From contig CAVRZA010000001.1 of the NCBI GenBank assembly GCA_963725665.1, forward strand, positions 256,001 through 320,000: 64,000 nucleotides of DNA, given 5' to 3'. This document shows, in pieces, positions 57,134 to 64,000 of this stretch. The notes beneath the pieces were generated by a model. The model worked only from the letters and a program-made list of their open reading frames with translations. It searched no databases and had not been told where the DNA came from. Every line of letters begins with the position of its first letter. The first letter of the stretch is position 1. The stretch is from an uncultured Actinomycetes bacterium (lineage in GTDB: Bacteria; Actinomycetota; Thermoleophilia; UBA2241). The position numbers and the translations under genes are program-made.

Positions 57134-58609
57134 CTAGACCCGGCTTTCGTGTGCGGAGGGCGGCCCGCCTTCGCCGCACAGCCGAGCGAGCACGCCGGCG
57201 TACACGTCGACCGCGGCTTCGAGCTGCGCCACCGGCACGTGCTCGTTCGGGCGGTGGATGTTGCCCATCGCCTCGCCCGGTCCGAAGACGACCACGTCCG
57301 TTCCGGCTCCCTGGTACACCGACGCCTCGGTCGTGCCGCTCTTGAGCTCACTGTCGCTGGGCAGGCCGAGCGAACGCAGCGTCGTGGTGAGCGCCGCCAG
57401 GGTCGCTGAGTCGTCTTCCGCGAGGAAGGGCGGCGACTCGAGGAGGCGCCGGACCTCGACCGTGCATGCGCTCGTCACGCAGCCCTCCCTCAGTCGCTGC
57501 TCGTACTCGTCGAGAACGGCGCCTCGCCGGCCGGCGGACGCCGAGCCGGCGGGCACCGAGCGGACATCGATCACATACTCGAGTCGGCCGGGCGCCAGCC
57601 GCAGGAGACCGTTGTTGACGGTGCTCCACGGCGGCTCGAAGCCTTCCGCGATCTCCTCGCGTAGCTTGGATTTGAGCTGGCGCGTCGCCGCGCGTACGCG
57701 CAACAGCAGCGTGGCGAGGTCGGGCGAGGTGAGGGGCTCGTTCACGAGCGCGTCGGACGCCAAGGGAGACACCTCGACGGCCACCCCGCCGACGCGAGAC
57801 ACGTCGGGTCGCTCCGCGGCGCACATCACGAGTCGACAGGAGGCCGCCACCTTGTTGACGAGGTCGCCGCCCTCGATGCCGACCACTTCGACAGGCTGCT
57901 CGCCCGACCGTCTGCCCGCGAGGTCGCTCAGCAGGTCGAGGCAGGCGTCGTTGGCTGACGCCCCGACATGTGGCTGCGACGAGTGAGCCGCCCTGCCCGT
58001 GAAGGTGAGGCTCCAGAGGGGAAGTGGCGACGGCGACCTCACCGGCGCGTCGGCGGTGACGCGGAACTCGACGTAGCCCTTGTGAGCCGGAGTCGGGCGC
58101 AGGCCGCTCGGCTCGCCGACGAGCGCGAGGGTCGGTGGGGGCCGCAGCGCCGCGACGAGCAGCTTCGCCCCCCAGCGGCCCGTCTCCTCGCCGTAGGTGC
58201 CGGCGAGGAGCACCGGGCGCTGGAGCGGCTCCTCGCGGAGCCGCTCCAGCGCCGCCAGCTTGCAGAGGAAGTCGATCTTCACGTCGGCGGCGCCCAGGCC
58301 ATACAGCCGGCCTTCGCGCAGAGTGAGGGCGAAGGGGTCTCCCCCCGTGCGCGTCCACAACGCCGGGTCGCCGGGCGGCACGGTATCGAGGTGGGTCGTC
58401 AGCAGGAGGGCGCCGGACCGCGGCTCGCCCCGCCACGCCAGCAGGTTGTACTGTCGCTGCCCGTCGTGGACTTCCTCCTGCAGGGTCGTCGTCAGACCCG
58501 CTTGCGAGCAGAGCGGCGCGAGGAACTCGACTACGGGTCGGTCGGAGACTGAGGAGCGGCTGTCGATAGCGACGAGCTTGCGCGCGGCCGCGACGACGTC
58601 AAGCGACAT
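57134..58609 (-). CDS. M20-family metallo-amidohydrolase (ArgE/DapE-like) with duplicated dimerisation region
   Basis: LVAIDS, THLDTVP, LYGLGAADVK, GEETG, VGEPS, HKG, GRAAHSSQP, TTEAS, FGPG..NIHRPNE. Confidence 0.85.
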   Translation of the reverse strand: MSLDVVAAARKLVAIDSRSSVSDRPVVEFLAPLCSQAGLTTTLQEEVHDGQRQYNLLAWRGEPRSGALLLTTHLDTVPPGDPALWTRTGGDPFALTLREGRLYGLGAADVKIDFLCKLAALERLREEPLQRPVLLAGTYGEETGRWGAKLLVAALRPPPTLALVGEPSGLRPTPAHKGYVEFRVTADAPVRSPSPLPLWSLTFTGRAAHSSQPHVGASANDACLDLLSDLAGRRSGEQPVEVVGIEGGDLVNKVAASCRLVMCAAERPDVSRVGGVAVEVSPLASDALVNEPLTSPDLATLLLRVRAATRQLKSKLREEIAEGFEPPWSTVNNGLLRLAPGRLEYVIDVRSVPAGSASAGRRGAVLDEYEQRLREGCVTSACTVEVRRLLESPPFLAEDDSATLAALTTTLRSLGLPSDSELKSGTTEASVYQGAGTDVVVFGPGEAMGNIHRPNEHVPVAQLEAAVDVYAGVLARLCGEGGPPSAHESRV

Positions 58610-58868
58610 GGGAGCCGGGCTCAGCGGCGGGGGCTTGAATGCGATCTGGCACGGTTGTCCTCGGGATCTTCTCCTCCTCAGGGTCGGGGTGCCGAGCAGG
58701 TCACGCGCTACGCCAAGCACGTCGCTCCGCACTCCATGGACGCCCCGAAGCACACCTTGCACGCCGGGGGGCTCTCATCCGGATGCTATAGTAGAAGGCC
58801 TGATGAGCGAACCCCTCGCCTCATTGTCGATCGGCGTCCCCGCGACCGCCGACGCCCGCTGAGGGCGG

Positions 58869-59645
58869 ATGGAGTCGAGCGGCATAGCCGGTAAGCGTGT
58901 CCTCGTCACCGCCGCGGCCACCGGCATCGGCCGCCGCGTGGCTGAGCGCTTCGCCGACGAGGGCGCCCGCGTCCACGTCTGCGACGTGGACGCGGGCGCC
59001 CTCGAGGCCTTCGGCGCCGCTCACCCCTCGATCACCGCTACGCTCGCCGACGTGGCCTATCCCAGCGACATCGACCAGCTCTTCTCCGACGTGCGCGCCC
59101 GCCTCGGCGGTCTCGACGTGCTCGTCAACAACGCCGGCATCGCCGGCCCCGCTGCTCCGGTCGAGGAGATGGACGACGGCAGCTGGCGGCGCACCCTCGA
59201 CGTGAATCTGACAGGCGCCTTCCTGTGCAGCAAGTTCGCGGTGCCGATGATCAAGGAGGCCGGCGGCGGGTCGATCGTCTTCATGTCGTCGAACGCCGGC
59301 ACGATGGGCCTTCCCTTCCGCGGGCCCTACGTGGCCTCGAAGTGGGGACTCATCGGCTTCACGAAGTCGCTGGCCATGGAGCTCGGCCCACACAACATCC
59401 GTGTCAACGCCATCTGCCCCGGCGACGTCGAGGGCGAGCGCATCGATCGCGTCATCGCCGCCGAGGCGCGCAACCGTGGCATGAGCGAGGATGAGGTCAT
59501 CGCCGAGCGTGTCACCGGCGTCTCGCTGCGCACGATGGTCACCGCCGACGACGTGGCCGCGCTCATCCTCTTCGTCTGCTCCGAGGCCGGGGCCAAGATC
59601 TCGGGCCAGGCGCTGGTCGTCGACGGCAACGCCGAGCGCGCCTGA
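58869..59645 (+). CDS. SDR-family oxidoreductase
   Basis: TAAATGIG, LVNNAGIAGP, YVASKWG, IRVNAICPG, ISGQALVVDG. Confidence 0.9.
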   Translation: MESSGIAGKRVLVTAAATGIGRRVAERFADEGARVHVCDVDAGALEAFGAAHPSITATLADVAYPSDIDQLFSDVRARLGGLDVLVNNAGIAGPAAPVEEMDDGSWRRTLDVNLTGAFLCSKFAVPMIKEAGGGSIVFMSSNAGTMGLPFRGPYVASKWGLIGFTKSLAMELGPHNIRVNAICPGDVEGERIDRVIAAEARNRGMSEDEVIAERVTGVSLRTMVTADDVAALILFVCSEAGAKISGQALVVDGNAERA

Positions 59646-59673
59646 GGGGTCAAACCCGGACAGTCAAGCGCAG

Positions 59674-60303
59674 ATGCGAACGGAGGCGCTCGACGTGCGT
59701 GCTCGCTGGTTCCTTGTCGCATTGTTGGCGACGCTGGTGGCTGTCGTCGCGGCGCTCGCCTATCGCTACGTCCCCCCCGTCCCCCCGCCCAGAGACGAGC
59801 TGGCGGCCATGCGGAAGACGGCAGCTGCCCTCGAAAGTGCCTTTCTGCCGGGCTGGCCCGACCAGTACGTCGGTAGACCGCTTCCCAAGACCGTGAGGGC
59901 GGCCGTCGACGCGGAGTACCAGGGCGTCATCGGTCGTCTTGGGACGGAGGAGCTCGCGCGCAGCTACTAAGGCACGGACAGCCACGCGCGCATCATGATA
60001 TGGGCGCAGCGTGAGAACCGACGGAACGACTACGTCGTCAGGCACTGGTTCGATCCTGAGAGCGTGCGCTTCGTGCGCAGGCTGTGGAACGGAGACGTCG
60101 AGATAGAGATCATCGGACGCGAACACGACGACGAGGCAACGTGGAGCTCGAGGCGTGAGCGCATCGTGCGCGTCACGGAGCGGCAGGCCTTCCACCGCGA
60201 CCTCATCCGCTTTCGCATGCGTCATGACGATGGTCGCTGGAGGGTCGTCTCCAAGGAATCGATCCGGGCCATCGACGAGACTGGCAGGATCGTCGAGGGG
60301 TAG
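59674..60303 (+). pseudogene. Membrane-anchored hypothetical protein interrupted by an in-frame TAA (59968-59970)
   Basis: ORFs ending 59970 and starting 59995 are in the same frame; N-terminal TM helix WFLVALLATLVAVVAALAY; C-terminal DGRWRVVS. Confidence 0.5.
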
Positions 60304-60492
60304 CCCGGCCCCGCCTCCGCGGCACGACGTCGGGTGCTCTCGTGCGGCGGCCTAATCCTCCCGGCGTCGTCTTCTATTCCGTGGTGCGGCTCCCCCGGCA
60401 AACGGCTTCTGCGACGCAGCATCAGGGCAAGAAAGCTGGCGGTGAGAACGACGCGGGCCGTACCGGCCCGCATTCTGCAGAAGGAGGACGTC

Positions 60493-60807
60493 ATGTTCGC
60501 ACGCGTCACGTCGGCACAGCTCAAGCCGGACCAGGTAGAGACCTTCGTCAGCACGATCCGCGACCAGGTCATCCCCAGGGCGCAGAACCTGCCGGGCTTC
60601 AAGGGAGGCTACTGGCTGGTCGACCGCAGCACCGGCAGGGGTTACGGCATCACGTTGTTCGAGAGCAAGGAGGCACTCGACGCGACCGAGGCTCAGGCCA
60701 ACCGGATACGCGAGGAGGTCAGCAGGGGCGCGGGGCTTGCCATCCCCGCGTTCGAGCACTACGAGGTCGTGGCCTCGGTCGGCTCCGCCGAGGAGACGGC
60801 CGCCTAG
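60493..60807 (+). CDS. ABM-like dimeric alpha-beta barrel protein
   Basis: MFARV..IPRAQNLPGFKGGYWLVDRSTGRGYGITLFES..YEVV; AAGGAGG RBS. Confidence 0.75.
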   Translation: MFARVTSAQLKPDQVETFVSTIRDQVIPRAQNLPGFKGGYWLVDRSTGRGYGITLFESKEALDATEAQANRIREEVSRGAGLAIPAFEHYEVVASVGSAEETAA

Positions 60808-61048
60808 CCACAAGCGTGCCCGGGCGTTGCCGCGGTCGCCGGGGCGGCGACCGCGGCGGCCCGGGTCGAAGCCGACATCCAGCGTCACCCCGCCCAGCGC
60901 CGGGTCGATTCCCTCTTCTCCCGCGCGCACCTCTGTCGAACGGACCTGACACGAGGGGCTCGCCATCGCCTCACTGGCTGAGTCCCTCGACTCGTACCTA
61001 GAACGCGAGGAGGGGCGGGCAAAGGGCCCCGGCCGGCGGGCGGCCTCG

Positions 61049-61402
61049 TCAGCAGGTGATGTGAAGGACGGCGCGGGCCTCCTTCGCCTGTGCCTCTCCG
61101 AGCAGCCGTAACGCCTGCTCGGTGGGCAGCGCGACGATCTCGATGCCGCGTCGCTCGGCCTCCGCCCACACCTCTGGCATGATCGGCAGGCTGCCGTTGG
61201 CACCGGTCCCCACGATCAAGCGCTCGCCGCCCCAAGGGATCGCCTCATCGACGGAGAGCGGGGTGTGGCCATAGCGGTCGCGGTAGGCCTTGGAGCGTTT
61301 CTTGCTTCGCTTCTCGACCCGGCCCGCGTCGATCACCACGTCGTTGATGTAGCGGTGGCCGTCGATCTCGATCTCACCGAACTCGATCCAGCGCGCTTTC
61401 AT
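61049..61402 (-). CDS. Mth938-like (DUF498) protein
   Basis: FGEIEIDGHRY..DVVI, LIVGTGANG, LPTEQA, AVLHITC; AGGAGG RBS. Confidence 0.85.
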   Translation of the reverse strand: MKARWIEFGEIEIDGHRYINDVVIDAGRVEKRSKKRSKAYRDRYGHTPLSVDEAIPWGGERLIVGTGANGSLPIMPEVWAEAERRGIEIVALPTEQALRLLGEAQAKEARAVLHITC

Positions 61403-61488
61403 CACCCACCTCCTACGGGTGCGGTGCTGCACCCCGTACCCGAGTGTTCCCGCAGCGGCCAGGGGTGCTGCGCCGGCCGGCTGCCTGG

Positions 61489-62310
61489 CTATGCCAGGCC
61501 CAGCCGGCGCAGGTCGTCCTCGTCGAGGCCGAAGTAGTGCGCCGTCTCATGGATGACGGTGACGCGGATCTGCTCGGCGATGTCCTCGGGCCGGCCGGCG
61601 TAGCGCTCGATGTTGCGCCGGAAGAGCAGGATCACGCCGCTCGCCGGACGACCCAGCGTCGAGCCGTGCGGCAGGGGGATGCCGGTGAAGAGCCCCAGGA
61701 TGCGCGGGTCGGTGCCGTCGAGCACCATCTCGCGCGAGGGGCGCTCGTGGACGACCACCGGGACGTTCCCCAGCTGATCGAGGAGCTCCCGTGGGAGCTC
61801 GTCGAGCGCAGCGCGGGCGATGCGCTCGAACTCCTCCTCGGTGAGCACCGGCCGGCGCGGGTCCATCGCCTCGTCGAGCCGCATCACGGCCAGGTTCTCG
61901 CGGATCTGCCCGGCCTGGTCGCCCTTGAGCTGCAACGCCTCGCTGAGCAGGTCGCGCGCGTCGGCCTCCTCGTCGGCCGCCATGTCGTAGTTGGAGAGGG
62001 CGTCGCGCAGGAGCCTGATGGCCGACTTCGTGTCGTCGGCGAAGTCGAGGTAGACCTCGGCCGCGCGCACGAGAGGCATCGGGTCGGTCGGATCGGCCTC
62101 CATCCAGCGCTCGAAGGCGTCGAGGGCGTCGTCGGGGTTCTCGTCGGCCAGCGCGATCTCGGCCTCGACCTCGATGACGGCGGGGTCGGCGGGGGCGGCG
62201 GCCTGGGCGCTCTCGAGCGCCCGCGCCGCCGCCCCCGCGTCGCCCTCCTCCAGGAAGGCCCAGGCATCTTCTATAGCGCGCTCGGCGCGCTTGCGGTCGG
62301 CGTCGTTCAC
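61489..62310 (-). CDS. TPR-like domain fused to a zincin (Zincin_1/DUF1025) metallopeptidase
   Basis: Helical repeats at the N-terminus; ALDELP, LGLFTG, ILLFRRNI, TVIHETAHYFGLDEDDL. Confidence 0.8.
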   Translation of the reverse strand: MNDADRKRAERAIEDAWAFLEEGDAGAAARALESAQAAAPADPAVIEVEAEIALADENPDDALDAFERWMEADPTDPMPLVRAAEVYLDFADDTKSAIRLLRDALSNYDMAADEEADARDLLSEALQLKGDQAGQIRENLAVMRLDEAMDPRRPVLTEEEFERIARAALDELPRELLDQLGNVPVVVHERPSREMVLDGTDPRILGLFTGIPLPHGSTLGRPASGVILLFRRNIERYAGRPEDIAEQIRVTVIHETAHYFGLDEDDLRRLGLA

Positions 62311-62418
62311 AGCGCCTGACTATACCCGAAAAGCCGGTCCCGGCTTCGAGGACCATGCCGGCGAGGTCGAGAGAGGGGGCGGCCTTGAGGAGGCGTCGCG
62401 ATGCCACGCGCCGTGTGT

Positions 62419-62823
62419 TCAGCCGACCCAGCCCTGGCCGTTCCAGTAGGCGCAGATCCTCTTGCCACGCCCGCAGAGTACGAGCTCGAGGGTCTTCGGC
62501 CACCATGTCCGGTCGGCCTCGAGCTGCAGGTCGAAACCCCGCACGCGCAGTCGACGAAAGAAGAGGCCCTGCTTCTGCGGACGCTCGGTGGCGGCCTCCA
62601 GCAACGCCGTGCGAAAGAGCCCCCACCCATGGATCGACACCCACACGTAGAGGTCGCCGCCGCCTTTGGCGACGAAGCGCCGGACATCGGGGGCGGCTAC
62701 GACGTCGATCGCCGCCAGCTCGTTGGTGATCTCGAGCTCGCCTGTGTCTGCGCGCTGCGAAGCCGGAACGTTCGCCTCCTGTGGGTCGGGACCGATCCAG
62801 CTGCGATGTGGGCGCGCAAGCAT
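62419..62823 (-). CDS. Hypothetical protein, start uncertain
   Basis: Plausible globular sequence DVRRFVAKGGGDLYVWVS..LEAATERP..PKTLELVL..AYWNGQGWVG. Confidence 0.5.
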   Translation of the reverse strand: MLARPHRSWIGPDPQEANVPASQRADTGELEITNELAAIDVVAAPDVRRFVAKGGGDLYVWVSIHGWGLFRTALLEAATERPQKQGLFFRRLRVRGFDLQLEADRTWWPKTLELVLCGRGKRICAYWNGQGWVG

Positions 62824-63077
62824 TGTTCCGCATTGCCGGCTGTCCGAACATGCGACGAGCCTCGTGTCCCATGTCTCCGTGCTGCGCCGTCGGCGCCGGG
62901 CCTGCCCTGACGGTCTCGCCTGCAGGCTTCGTCCTCCCGTTCGCGCTCTGTATAGTGTCCAGTGGCCCTCACCGAGGACGCCGCGCCGGCCTCCTCTGAA
63001 ACACGACGACACGGAGACCGCATGGAGACGCAGCCCGGAGCGACCGGACGAGACGAGGAGCGCAGAGGGACAGAAGA

Positions 63078-64000
63078 GTGACGAGGACGGCGGTGAGCAA
63101 GGCGGCGGCGAAGGCGACGGCGGCGGGCAAGACGCCGAGTGCGCCGAGATCTGCGAGGGCGTCGGCGAGCGGCCCGCGGCCGCTCGCCGGCGCCCTCGCC
63201 GTGGGCGTCGATCTGGGCAAGGTCACGACCTCGCTGGCCGTCGGCCGCGTCGCCGCCGACGGCTCGGTCGAGCTCGTCGAGACGATCGTCGAGCGCCACT
63301 GCGGCGAGCCGCTGCGTCCCTTCGTTGAGCTCTACGGGCGCCTGCTGGCGGGCGACGGGTCCGATGCGGCTGACGGCGCTTCTCGCCTCATCAAGGTCGT
63401 CGCGACCGGCGCCTACAGCGACCGCCTTGGCCCGCCGGTGCTCGCCGGCGTGCCCGAGGAGATCGCGCAGGAGCACGCCGCGCGCGCCCTCTTCGGAGAC
63501 GAGGGCGCGCTCAACGTCGTGCGCATCGGCGGCAGCGGCTACTCGGTGCTCACGCGCACTGCTGCCGGACGCGTCCGCTACGAGCCCAATGAGCGCTGCT
63601 CGGCCGGCACCGGCGAGACGATCGAGGGCCTCTGCACGCGCCTTGGCAGCTCGCTGGCGCGGGCCGTCGAGCTCGCGCAGGCGAGCCCCGACGCGATCGT
63701 CGTCACCAGCCGCTGCGCCGTGTTCGCCAAGAGCGAACTCACACACTACGCCAACGAGGGCGAGGACCACGGACGCATCTTCCGCGGCGTCTTCGAGAGT
63801 GTGGCGCGCAACGTGCACGCCCTCTACGACAAGGTGAAGGTCGACGGTCCCGTGGTCGTGGTCGGCAACGGCGCCCTGATCGGCCCCGTGGTCGAGGCCT
63901 TCTCGCGCCTCGCCGGGGTGAGCGTCATCGTGCCGCCGGAGGCCGGGTACTTCGAGGCGCTGGGAGCGCTGCGCTACGGCGCGGCGGATCTCGCGCCACG
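63078..64000 (+). CDS. 2-hydroxyacyl-CoA dehydratase activator-like ATPase (BadF/BadG/BcrA/BcrD family), 3'-truncated, absent from the ORF track
   Basis: AVGVDLGKVTT, VVATG, VRIGGSG, NERCSAGTG, SRCAVFAKSE, VPPEAGYFEALGAL; frame open to the window end. Confidence 0.8.
   Translation, partial: MTRTAVSKAAAKATAAGKTPSAPRSARASASGPRPLAGALAVGVDLGKVTTSLAVGRVAADGSVELVETIVERHCGEPLRPFVELYGRLLAGDGSDAADGASRLIKVVATGAYSDRLGPPVLAGVPEEIAQEHAARALFGDEGALNVVRIGGSGYSVLTRTAAGRVRYEPNERCSAGTGETIEGLCTRLGSSLARAVELAQASPDAIVVTSRCAVFAKSELTHYANEGEDHGRIFRGVFESVARNVHALYDKVKVDGPVVVVGNGALIGPVVEAFSRLAGVSVIVPPEAGYFEALGALRYGAADLAP

Overview
Very GC-rich bacterial DNA. The gene content (tungsten aldehyde oxidoreductases, a Se/Mo hydroxylase kit, an ADP-forming acyl-CoA ligase, a CoA activase) suggests an anaerobe; an actinobacterial lineage is inferred from sequence style and gene families only. 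About 60 protein-coding genes are recognisable. I see no rRNA, tRNA, CRISPR array or transposase. Many genes are split by single-base indels, clustered at about 0.7-4.1 kb and 45-54.5 kb, which most likely reflects long-read consensus errors. The main finding is a co-oriented cluster of about 25 kb (31.4-56.4 kb). It encodes a BMP-type ABC importer, a pyridoxamine-pyruvate aminotransferase-like enzyme, two alcohol dehydrogenases, two tungsten aldehyde:ferredoxin oxidoreductases, MoaD, a GntR/UTRA regulator, a UbiD decarboxylase, a PreA-like ring reductase, a three-subunit Mo hydroxylase with YqeC/MocA/XdhC/YqeB, an M29/NicX-fold hydrolase and a cupin. This enzyme set fits a hypothetical oxygen-independent vitamin B6 (pyridoxine/pyridoxamine) degradation pathway. 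Other notable items: (i) a tusA-dsrE-iscS-iscU operon whose IscS has Asp in place of the PLP-binding Lys and whose IscU is fused to a degenerate thioredoxin-reductase domain; (ii) a membrane-tethered ECF sigma factor with three copies of a TGYTAAGG-N15/16-CGTTT promoter, upstream of itself, a secreted repeat protein and an RTX-repeat M91 peptidase; (iii) an orphan RiPP-type B12 radical SAM methyltransferase; (iv) a BetI-like regulator next to a carnitine dehydrogenase-like gene and an ADP-forming CoA ligase. All family assignments come from motif recognition by eye, not from database searches.
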